DNA of 45,140 nucleotides, taken from a virus. Taxonomy: Duplodnaviria > Caudoviricetes. The notes beneath the pieces were generated by a model. The model was not told where the DNA came from and ran no database searches. It was given only the letters and a program-made list of their open reading frames with translations. Both the position numbers and the translations under genes were made by a program. Every line of letters starts with the position of its first letter. Position 1 is the stretch's first letter. Location of the stretch: the IMG/VR virus record IMGVR_UViG_3300032242_002100, positions 1 through 45,140 of that record. One strand, given 5' to 3'. Of this stretch, positions 35,240-44,119 are shown in pieces.

Positions 35240-35251
35240 TTAATTTCCCTC

Positions 35252-36331
35252 TTACGCTTGCGTCCCGACCGCTATTACATCCCAAGTTGATGAAGCTGTA
35301 TTATATATGCAGCCTACATAAGTTGTTTTTGCAGAAGTCAAAGATGTTGGCAATGTTGTCCCAATAACTCGATATGCAGCATTCCAAGCTGTAATTGTAA
35401 CAGCACCAGATGGAATAATCCGAATAATAAGTTTTTGCCCATCAATTGGTGAACCAGACGGGGCTGGGAAAGAAGCGATTGTACTTGCACCAATAGCCAG
35501 TTCATAAATGTCAGCAGTATTGCTGTTTGGTGCTGTAGAAGTAGACGCAACCGACTGAATGCGAGGCGTTATAACACCTGATGGCGTAATACTTCCCGTA
35601 ATTACTGCGTTTCCGCTTACAGTTAAATTTGCTGTAGGTGTTGTTGCTGTTCCTGTACCAGAACCAACGCCAGTTGCGGTAAATGTAACACCAACTGTAT
35701 TTCCGGAAGCGCCAACGAGGGTAAAGTTTGTTGAACCAACTGATGTAATTGTATAAGTTTGCCCAATGACAAATGAACCCGCAGTAACACTTATGTTACC
35801 AATTGACGTATTGCCATAAAGATTTGTTACTGCGCTCGCTCCAGTTCCAAGGTTTGCCGCGCCCTGCGTTGTAATATACCCAGAAAGCGATAGATTTGTC
35901 AGATTTTGAAGAATGCCGTCATCAGCAATTTGAATATTGGTTCCGTCCGAGTAAACGCAGGTATGGTAGCTCTGCGGCAATGTAATGGATGAACCCCCAC
36001 CACCCGATGACAATGTGAGCGTAAATGACCCAGACGTGTTGTTATAAACAATCCACTGACCACCAACTCCAGAAGGAATTTGGATTGAAAGATTTTGCCC
36101 AAGAACGCCTGTAATATTGAGAACTAAGGGTACATATGAATATGGCGGGTTTGCTGCCGGATATGTTGCAACAAGAGTAATTGTCGAAGTAACGCCCGTG
36201 ACAGAAATGTTTTGAACAGTTCCAAGCGCCGCGTCAGTGTTGGTAAAGTTTGCGTTAAGCGTCGTTCCCCAGTTGGTATCTACGCCCTGAACTGGTTCCG
36301 TAAGATTCTTATTTACAGTTTGCGTTGCCAT
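35252..36331 (-). CDS. Tail fibre protein
   Basis: WGTTLNAN N-terminus; AGSFVIGQTYTI...ATGVGSGTG module; GSPIDGQKLIIRI...WDVIAV C-terminus. Confidence 0.75.
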   Translation of the reverse strand: MATQTVNKNLTEPVQGVDTNWGTTLNANFTNTDAALGTVQNISVTGVTSTITLVATYPAANPPYSYVPLVLNITGVLGQNLSIQIPSGVGGQWIVYNNTSGSFTLTLSSGGGGSSITLPQSYHTCVYSDGTNIQIADDGILQNLTNLSLSGYITTQGAANLGTGASAVTNLYGNTSIGNISVTAGSFVIGQTYTITSVGSTNFTLVGASGNTVGVTFTATGVGSGTGTATTPTANLTVSGNAVITGSITPSGVITPRIQSVASTSTAPNSNTADIYELAIGASTIASFPAPSGSPIDGQKLIIRIIPSGAVTITAWNAAYRVIGTTLPTSLTSAKTTYVGCIYNTASSTWDVIAVGTQA

Positions 36332-36342
36332 TTTACGGTCCC

Positions 36343-38769
36343 TTAGATCGCGGCTTGAGCGACATCAAGCGCCTTAACAATGTGGTCATCCGGCACATCA
36401 AGCAATGGCTCGGTCGTCTTATTGACTTGCTTCTTGGCCGTTTCCGCCGCCGTCACAAGCCGTTCGGCCTCGTCCTCTGGTGTTATAGCACGACCGCCCG
36501 TCGCCCTGCCAATCCTGCCGCCTGAAGCTTCATTGGGGACTTCTTCTTGCGGTTTCTGGCCTTGCTTGGCTCCGTATGCGGCAGCCATACCCATTTCCGT
36601 GCGACGGATAATGTTTCGAATGTTCTGCGACGATTGGCTGGCATTTAAAATGCGCTCAAAGTCTGCCGGATTACTTGATGCAATAAGTTGCGCAATGCGC
36701 GGGGCAAGAGTTTGGTCAACGCCGTGGTTGTATTTCAAAATAGCACCAGTCAAAACAGTACCGCCCAAGCCAAGTGCGCTCAGAACAGGGTGCTTCATAA
36801 TTTCATCACGGTTTTCCCACGCCGCTTTTCCGGCTTCAATGCCGCCAAACATTTCAGCCGCAAGCAACTGTGCCGCCGTTGACGAATTACCGCCCACGGC
36901 AGTCTTCAACATGTTCATCATGCTTTCGCGGCGGATGTATGCCTCAAGTGCGGCAGCCTGATCTTCACCAAGACCCATTGCAAGTTTTTGACGAGAAGAT
37001 GGGCTGTTAAACATACGCGCAACATTGCTGCTGTCGTTCATGTTTGATGCGCGATTAATGATGTCGCTTGACATGCCCATGCCGAAAAGTTTCTGGTCAG
37101 CAGAAGACATTTTCTTAAACGCATTCATTGCGTCATCAGTATTGTATGCGTTCATGTTGCGAAGGAAGTTTGTTCCCGCCTCATGAGCATCTTGCGCACC
37201 AAAGAACTTTGCAGCTCCTGCACGTGCCTGATTGTATTCAGGGACAGCCGTATCAAGTTTTTCGCGCAATGTATCTCGAACGTCTTTATAGGCATTGCCA
37301 AGCTTATTTGCTTGATTGCTGTAAGCTGCATTAACCTTGTCATCCAAGGACTGTTTTACATAATCCCAGAACTGAAGATTTGGCGTCGCTGTAGATCCAT
37401 CAGGATTTACCTTTAATGTCCAATTTCCATTGGCATCTTTAATAAAAGGATTCTCAACAGTCGGATGGCCAGCAGCAGCAGAAATGTTTTTTCCTAAGTT
37501 GACGGCATCTTCAATTGAGTTTTGAACAACTGGCGCTTGCATAAGCTGGGAGAAGTCATTGTCCCACATAGATTGTGCCGCAGGCTGAGAATACGCTTTA
37601 CTGTAAGCATCTTTGTTTTCAACGCGAGACATGCGTGTCAAAGCGTCTCTTACGTCTGCCGCACCAGTTCCGTCACTTACACCAATTGCATTCCGCATAT
37701 AGTCAGCAAGGCGAGAACCCTGTATTTGAAAGCGTGATTCAAGTGGGGTTTCCAAATATGCGCCAGCTTCTGGCGAAAGGTTCTTAACCGTCCTTGCCAA
37801 CATGCGTGTTTGAGCGCCACCAATATCACCGACAACCCAAGGCTGTCCTGCTTGCTGTGCCGCCTGAATGTCTTCTGCGCTCATGCCAAGTGCTGGACTT
37901 TTCGGTGAAACGCCTTGAAGTTTTGCTTTTGCAGCGGCATCTGCTTCCATTGCAGCACGAACACGCTGAGCCGCTTGGTCGCCTGTTTTGGCGCCCGTAA
38001 ACTTTTCAAGTCCCGCGCCAATCAGTCTCCCACCCACAGGGATACCTGCGACAAGCGGGATTTTGACTGGTCCGATACTTGGCCCTGCGGTGACTGCCTC
38101 TTTTGCGGAAGCGAGGGCATTTTTAATTCTGTCTTCTGTTGTATCGCCCTGCTCAATCCCTGTGGCTGCGCCGTAACCTGCGGCAAGAGCGCCACCACCT
38201 GCAATGTCTCCTGCAAGGCCAGCCGCGCGGCTAAGCGTTCCTGGTCCTGCAAAGCGTTCGACGGCTCGAGCAACCATTGGTCCGACTTTTTCGGCACCGA
38301 ACGAAGGCAGAAGCGGAACGGTGCCAATAGCACCCACAGCGGAAGCAACAGGATGCCGATAAGTTTCGACCTGCCTTGCGGCCTCCTGCTTGGCGCGAAG
38401 GTCATTGTACCGCTCAGAGTAGGTAGCTCCCTCTCCCTGCCCTGCTGCGGCTCCTGCGGCGGCTGTTGCGGCATTGACACCCCATGAACCGAGAGGGATG
38501 TTTTCTGCGGGATTTGCGGCCATGAAGCTTTTGAGATACGGGGCTGCTGCGCCTGCCCAACCGAATTGTTGCCCTTCATCAGTTGCAGCACGTTTGATAT
38601 ATCCCTCTTGTTTGACCTGACCCTGTAGGCCGCTGATATGCGCCTGCAATTGTTCATCCGACATCCCCGACAAATCTGTCGCAGAAGATGACGGCGCCTG
38701 ACGAGTCTGAATAAATTTATTCAAATCTTCGTCAGACATTGCTGAAAAGTCAGGTGTAATATCAGCCAT
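36343..38769 (-). CDS. Internal virion / DNA-ejection protein
   Basis: 808 aa, Ala-rich and helical; two SxMSDExL repeats at the N-terminus; EASGG and RATGG near the C-terminus. Confidence 0.7.
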   Translation of the reverse strand: MADITPDFSAMSDEDLNKFIQTRQAPSSSATDLSGMSDEQLQAHISGLQGQVKQEGYIKRAATDEGQQFGWAGAAAPYLKSFMAANPAENIPLGSWGVNAATAAAGAAAGQGEGATYSERYNDLRAKQEAARQVETYRHPVASAVGAIGTVPLLPSFGAEKVGPMVARAVERFAGPGTLSRAAGLAGDIAGGGALAAGYGAATGIEQGDTTEDRIKNALASAKEAVTAGPSIGPVKIPLVAGIPVGGRLIGAGLEKFTGAKTGDQAAQRVRAAMEADAAAKAKLQGVSPKSPALGMSAEDIQAAQQAGQPWVVGDIGGAQTRMLARTVKNLSPEAGAYLETPLESRFQIQGSRLADYMRNAIGVSDGTGAADVRDALTRMSRVENKDAYSKAYSQPAAQSMWDNDFSQLMQAPVVQNSIEDAVNLGKNISAAAGHPTVENPFIKDANGNWTLKVNPDGSTATPNLQFWDYVKQSLDDKVNAAYSNQANKLGNAYKDVRDTLREKLDTAVPEYNQARAGAAKFFGAQDAHEAGTNFLRNMNAYNTDDAMNAFKKMSSADQKLFGMGMSSDIINRASNMNDSSNVARMFNSPSSRQKLAMGLGEDQAAALEAYIRRESMMNMLKTAVGGNSSTAAQLLAAEMFGGIEAGKAAWENRDEIMKHPVLSALGLGGTVLTGAILKYNHGVDQTLAPRIAQLIASSNPADFERILNASQSSQNIRNIIRRTEMGMAAAYGAKQGQKPQEEVPNEASGGRIGRATGGRAITPEDEAERLVTAAETAKKQVNKTTEPLLDVPDDHIVKALDVAQAAI

Positions 38770-41700
38770 TATGGTGCAACCTGCTGTTGTGATGACTTAC
38801 GACGCGCTTGCTCCGCAAGGGCTTTTTTCAACATTTCGTCTTTAGTTAACGTCGGCGCTGTAGGTGTAGGAGTAGAAGGTGAACCAGATGCCGCAGTATA
38901 CCACGGATTATCGCGGTGATATTCGTAGTAAGCCTTCTCAATATTGTCTTTCGCTGGATCCATATCTGCAATTTTTTCATATGATCCCATTTGAGCTTTT
39001 GCTTTTGGCTGGATAATATTTTCATTAATCCATTGGAAAGCTTGTGGAAGCATTGAAACGCCAGGCGTGCTTTGCAAGAAGCGATTAAATTCGTTTACGC
39101 GAACAGGAGAACCTGCAAGTTCCTGTCGAGCAATTTCGCTACCCATGGCTGTGCGAAGCTTATCAAGAGCCTGTGCGTCGGCAGGGTTTGTCCCCGTCCA
39201 CTGCTTGATGAAGTTATCACTGAACCCAGCTTGTTTAAAGAACGCCGAAGCACCAGCAAGAGTTTCTCCCAACGGACCGCCGCTGACCAAAGCTTCTTTG
39301 GTTTTTGGATCAAACATGACGCCCATCATGGCACGCGACTGGTTCAATGCGTTTGTTGCATCAAGAGCTTCTTGTTCTGCTTTTGACTTAACGCCCGCTT
39401 GAATTTTGTATGCTTCCGGCGCAAGTGTTGTTGGCAATTCAGCTTGCTTTGTTACTGCTGACAAAGATGCCGATGCCAATTTATCTCGCATATCTTTCCA
39501 TTGCGTCAATGCAACTTGTTGGTTTTGTTTTGCCTGTGTAGCAAAATTTAGATAATCCTTATCTTTTCCAGATGCGATCATTGCTGGGTCTTTTGCCATT
39601 TGCAGATATTTTTGTGCATCAGAACCATACTCATCAGCGATTGAACGCTGTTTAATAACTTCAGGATCTTTATCAACTTCAGAGTAAATGGCCTGCGTTT
39701 GTGCAACTTGAGGATTGGTAACGGAAGGTTTTACTTCAGGCTGTACTGCCGCAACTTTCTCAGGGGAAACAGTTTTTGCAACATCAACCGCAGGCTGCGC
39801 TTGAGGCAAACCAGAAGGCGTATATGTTGGCTTGTAATTAGCGCCCTGCATTGCGCCGCCAAGATATTGCGACATGCCCGGCATTTGGGCCAAGCGAGAT
39901 TGTCTTTCAGCAAGCGGTATTGTGTCGCCCTGAACAGTATCAAAATACATTCCGTTGCCAATTGGCGTAAACCGCTGTGCCGCAAGGCCAAGTGTATCTT
40001 TCGCAATCTGTGCGTTCTGAATCTTTTGCGCCTGTACTGCTTCAGCGTAGCCACCGAGCCCCTGTAGTGCTGCGGCCCCGAAATAACGGCTTGGGGAGCC
40101 TGCCATTCTGCCAAGGCCGATAAGGATCGGGAGCAACGTGCTTTCGTTTGTCAGGCCGCTGAACAAGCCACCAGATGATGGTTGCGCACTACCCTGCTGA
40201 CCACTTGGCGCAATGCCACCAGCACGATTGTAGGCTGCCTGAACAAGATCAGAAGGAACTTGGCCGCCATGCGTTGTCTGACCAAAGTCAGGTCCAACAT
40301 CAACGCCACCCTTTGTTGTCAATTCTGGCGCAAGACCACCAAACGCACCCTTGCCATACTGGACGTGAGGCATGTCTGGATTGCTGAAATCAGCGCCCAT
40401 TGTCAGGCCGGTTTTTGCCGCGGCTTCGCGCAAGGCAGGCAAATTCTTTTCGCCAATTCCGCTGAAATCTGTCGCAAGCCCATACTGATGACCGCTTGAA
40501 TAAGGCTCTGCGGCAGGAAAGTTTGGCTCATTTGCGTGTGTCAGTTTAATCGCTGCTTGTTCTTCAGGCGAACGTGTTTCGCTGACAGGAGAAAGGCCGA
40601 TGCCCTTCTTTGCCGCCATTTCCGCAAACTGACGAAAGCGTGGCGCAACTGCTGGGTTCAACCCTTGAGAGTAAACGTCAGGCGTGTCCGTCGCAGTTTG
40701 TGCGACGTCAGAAGACGACAGAAGCCCTGCAAGAATGTCAGATGGATCTCGCTGTGTCGGGTCATAACCTACGGCCCTGCCATCAGCATGATGCTCACGG
40801 ACTACGCCGCCTTCATTAAAGAACCCAAGGAACATTTTTCCAAGGCTCAATGCTGTGCCAAGCCCTCCAAGACCACTGTCGCTTGATCCGCTTGATGGTG
40901 GGCGCATACCTTTTTGCTCGGCAAGAAGATCAGCAGGCGTTTTTTCGGATTCCGAAACAACTTGCGCCAATGGATTATTGGAGTCGTATGGGAGAACTGT
41001 TCCGCCAGATGCGAACCCAAGTAACGACAAAATGTCTTTGCTGCTTGATGCGTCTGACGCAGCCGCCTTCGCCCAATCAGTGCCCTGCTGAAGTGGACCC
41101 ATTGATGCGGGCGCTTTTGTCGGCGGGTTAACAAGATCAGACGCCGCTCCGGCGAGTCCTTTGCCTTCCTGATATATGCCCTTAAGGTCTTTGTAGTCCT
41201 TTACAGCATTTTCAATTGAACCAAGGCCAGACTGCTGTTGTTGAGGCGGCTGCGCAACGCCAAGATGCGCGACAGGCAAATTAGCCGCAGGGACAATACC
41301 TTTACCGCCTGGCAACCCACCGGGCTTGCCGCCGTAAATGCCGCTCTCAGCAAATGGTGCGTACATTTGGTTTTGCGATTGCAAAATCATTGCCAAGTCT
41401 GTTGGGCTGATCAGACTGCCGCCATCATACTTGTGGATTCGACCGCCTTCGGCATACATGCCTTGGCCTTCAGAGCCGCCAACACCACTGTCTCCAGTGA
41501 CGTTGCCCATCATATTACCAAGATAACTTCCAAAACTTCCAACCGCGCCACTCAACCCACCGCCATATCCAGAATCTGGGCTATATCCATGATTTACGCC
41601 ATATGTTGGAGAAAACCCGCCGGATACTCCATCACGCCCTCCATTCCCAGAAATATTTTGACTATTTTTTTGTCTTTGGATGTCGTGATGATTATTTCCT

Positions 41701-42977
41701 ATTGGTGTTGTTGGCGTTGTCGGTGTTGAAGTATCGGCGAAATAATTAATGGGAGTTGTTTTTGCCCCTTCAGGAACTTCAAATACCGGAGCAAGTGATT
41801 GGGCTGAAGCCGCAGGGGAAATACCTCCAGCCATTTGCCTACCGATTTGAGATTGCAAGCCAGCCGTATCAATAGATGACGGCATACCGCCTACAGCGAA
41901 GCCCTGCATTGCGTGTTGCGGCAATACACCGCCGCCTTCAGATGCCGCCTTGTCGTAATCAACCATTTTAAAGCCTGATGGGTGAATACCAACGGCTTCT
42001 GGATGAATTTTTTCAACTTCGTCAGCCATGAAACCAATATGTTTCTGGCCTGCTGGGTCGCCCTTATACTCAAACTTATGGATCGGCAGACCTTCGTCCG
42101 TTTCACCAATACGCTCAATGTTTTTCTTAAGGCGGCGGTCAGAACCAAACCAAGATGTCGGCTGAGTGGCTGTCGTTGTTGAACCTGACAATGCGCCAGT
42201 GCCTTCCGCAATATTTGCGAGGAACTGAGCAACTTGGAACGGATAAGCCTGTTGCTGTTGGAACTGATTGTAAAGAGCCGCAAGACCGGCTTGCTGCGTC
42301 TGTTGCTCCAAAGTACCTGCACCAATTTGCGCTTGAGCGCCCTGCAAACCTGCCGCCTGCGCCCCTGCACCCAACTGACCAAGTTGTGCCCCAGCGCCCA
42401 ATAAACGGGCTTGGTTGGCCTGTTCTGCGGCAAGCTGTTGTCCCTGCTGCTGTTGAGCAACTGCTTGCGCCTGCGTGTAGCCTTGGTTCATCAAATTGGC
42501 GATGGTCTGGCTATTGGAAAGATTTTGCTGATACGCCAAATTGGCTTGCGCAATACCAGAACGGTCGCCTCCAAAAGCTCCAGCAGAAATTCCCTGACCC
42601 GCCAAAGCTGACTGCTGTTGAGCGTTCTGTTGCCCTTGAGCCGCCATTGTCGTGCCAAGAACAGTATTGAGGTATGGCGACAAATATTGCTGAGTATTAA
42701 GTTGGTTTGGGTTGACTGCGCCCGCCCCCGCCATCGTCATTTGGGCGCCAACGCCGTAGTAAGGTTGTGCTTCATTTGCGGCGGCGTTTACGCCACTAAT
42801 ACCCGCATACTGCTGCTGGTTAACAGGCGCAACAAAGGCGTTTGGGTCAGTTGAATATTTCTGGAACGGCGTCGCAGCAACTTTTTGCGCGTTTGCGTTG
42901 ACGGAATTATATCGTGCCAATACCTCTGGTGGGATTGATACTTGTGAAGTTGAGGTACTGGTTTTTCCGCCGCCCAT
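38769..42977 (-). CDS. Large ejection protein with an internal S74 autocleavage domain and an M15 peptidase
   Basis: MGGGK..Q/A-rich N-terminus; SDRRLK...GFMADEVE...VDY; RS...SGHQYGLATD...DMPHVQ. Confidence 0.8.
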   Translation of the reverse strand: MGGGKTSTSTSQVSIPPEVLARYNSVNANAQKVAATPFQKYSTDPNAFVAPVNQQQYAGISGVNAAANEAQPYYGVGAQMTMAGAGAVNPNQLNTQQYLSPYLNTVLGTTMAAQGQQNAQQQSALAGQGISAGAFGGDRSGIAQANLAYQQNLSNSQTIANLMNQGYTQAQAVAQQQQGQQLAAEQANQARLLGAGAQLGQLGAGAQAAGLQGAQAQIGAGTLEQQTQQAGLAALYNQFQQQQAYPFQVAQFLANIAEGTGALSGSTTTATQPTSWFGSDRRLKKNIERIGETDEGLPIHKFEYKGDPAGQKHIGFMADEVEKIHPEAVGIHPSGFKMVDYDKAASEGGGVLPQHAMQGFAVGGMPSSIDTAGLQSQIGRQMAGGISPAASAQSLAPVFEVPEGAKTTPINYFADTSTPTTPTTPIGNNHHDIQRQKNSQNISGNGGRDGVSGGFSPTYGVNHGYSPDSGYGGGLSGAVGSFGSYLGNMMGNVTGDSGVGGSEGQGMYAEGGRIHKYDGGSLISPTDLAMILQSQNQMYAPFAESGIYGGKPGGLPGGKGIVPAANLPVAHLGVAQPPQQQQSGLGSIENAVKDYKDLKGIYQEGKGLAGAASDLVNPPTKAPASMGPLQQGTDWAKAAASDASSSKDILSLLGFASGGTVLPYDSNNPLAQVVSESEKTPADLLAEQKGMRPPSSGSSDSGLGGLGTALSLGKMFLGFFNEGGVVREHHADGRAVGYDPTQRDPSDILAGLLSSSDVAQTATDTPDVYSQGLNPAVAPRFRQFAEMAAKKGIGLSPVSETRSPEEQAAIKLTHANEPNFPAAEPYSSGHQYGLATDFSGIGEKNLPALREAAAKTGLTMGADFSNPDMPHVQYGKGAFGGLAPELTTKGGVDVGPDFGQTTHGGQVPSDLVQAAYNRAGGIAPSGQQGSAQPSSGGLFSGLTNESTLLPILIGLGRMAGSPSRYFGAAALQGLGGYAEAVQAQKIQNAQIAKDTLGLAAQRFTPIGNGMYFDTVQGDTIPLAERQSRLAQMPGMSQYLGGAMQGANYKPTYTPSGLPQAQPAVDVAKTVSPEKVAAVQPEVKPSVTNPQVAQTQAIYSEVDKDPEVIKQRSIADEYGSDAQKYLQMAKDPAMIASGKDKDYLNFATQAKQNQQVALTQWKDMRDKLASASLSAVTKQAELPTTLAPEAYKIQAGVKSKAEQEALDATNALNQSRAMMGVMFDPKTKEALVSGGPLGETLAGASAFFKQAGFSDNFIKQWTGTNPADAQALDKLRTAMGSEIARQELAGSPVRVNEFNRFLQSTPGVSMLPQAFQWINENIIQPKAKAQMGSYEKIADMDPAKDNIEKAYYEYHRDNPWYTAASGSPSTPTPTAPTLTKDEMLKKALAEQARRKSSQQQVAP

Positions 42978-42978
42978 A

Positions 42979-43467
42979 TCAATGCTCCGTCACGGAATGG
43001 CCCGTGGTTGCCCCATACAAAAAGAACGCGCCACTTGGCTTGCCAAACTGCCGTTCATACAATTTGACTTTCGCCTCAGTGCGATTGTTTGACAAAACAC
43101 CGATAATCAGTGGAATGCCCAATGAATCAGCAACTTGCTTTGAGAAGTCACACAACCTACGTGCGCGACCGCCTTTGGCATTTCGAAAGTCAGGATGAAC
43201 GAAAATGGCCTTTTCTTCAAGAACGAGATCGTCAGAATACCACATTGATCCAATTCTCAAAAGTATCGCACCCTCGGCAATTCCACCTGATTTGCCAATA
43301 ATTCCAATTAAACCATGATCTCGGTTTACGGCAGGCCAAATTTCGGCCAAAAGCTTTGTGGGGTTCGGGTTTACAAAACCATTTTCCTCGCACCCCATGA
43401 GCGCAAGGTTCATGATGTCATCAAGATCGCTTGGTGTCGCAATACGTATTTTAAGATCGTCTTTCAT
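42979..43467 (-). CDS. GNAT-fold acyltransferase-like virion-cluster protein
   Basis: IRIATPSD, FVHPDFR, LYER motifs; precedes the ejection genes. Confidence 0.75.
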   Translation of the reverse strand: MKDDLKIRIATPSDLDDIMNLALMGCEENGFVNPNPTKLLAEIWPAVNRDHGLIGIIGKSGGIAEGAILLRIGSMWYSDDLVLEEKAIFVHPDFRNAKGGRARRLCDFSKQVADSLGIPLIIGVLSNNRTEAKVKLYERQFGKPSGAFFLYGATTGHSVTEH

Positions 43468-43475
43468 ATTTCCCT

Positions 43476-44117
43476 CTAATCTTTTTTCGGACCAGGTAAT
43501 TTCTGCAAAGTCTTAATCGTTTTGGCCCGCATTTTTTTAACGAAAGCATCAAGGATTCGATGCCCTCGGTCTAAATCACCGCCGCCGATATGTAATACGT
43601 CTTGGGGGTGAATAACGTACTCGCCGCCAGCGGCGACAATTGGAACTGTATTAACTTCTCCGCCTGTAGCGCGGCCTTGAATGTCTGACCCATATGGGCC
43701 TGATGATGACTGACCGTACATGCCACCCTTCTGGCCGTAAGGCGTACCGCCAAATATACGACGAGCGGACTTGAAGCCCGCCATTGTATTGCCTTCGCCC
43801 ATGGCCGAGATAATGTCAGCCGGAATAACGTAGGAGCCTGAATGGACGTGCATTGGCAAATGGTCAGTGCGGCCAGCCACAGGGCTGTGAATTGGGCCAC
43901 TGAAAGGTTTTGGCGTCTTTGGAGCCTTTGGCATCTTTACGCCAGTACTCTTCGCCATAAAACTTGGCATGTGTCCGCCAAAAGCTTTGTGGGGCTTGGC
44001 TTCACGTGCCGTAGACAATGCAGCCGCAATTGCTTGATCTTTTGGATGACCAGCATGGATCATCTCGGCAATATTGCCGCTAATTGTTTTTTGAGATGAC
44101 CCGTGCTTCAATGGCAT
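43476..44117 (-). CDS. Conserved protein with two G-[SE]-YVI half-repeats and xxxGG motifs
   Basis: MPLKHGSS..ISGNI..QAIAAAL N-terminal module; GRTDHLP..SGSYVIPADII and AGGEYVIHPQDV. Confidence 0.7.
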   Translation of the reverse strand: MPLKHGSSQKTISGNIAEMIHAGHPKDQAIAAALSTAREAKPHKAFGGHMPSFMAKSTGVKMPKAPKTPKPFSGPIHSPVAGRTDHLPMHVHSGSYVIPADIISAMGEGNTMAGFKSARRIFGGTPYGQKGGMYGQSSSGPYGSDIQGRATGGEVNTVPIVAAGGEYVIHPQDVLHIGGGDLDRGHRILDAFVKKMRAKTIKTLQKLPGPKKD

Positions 44118-44119
44118 AA

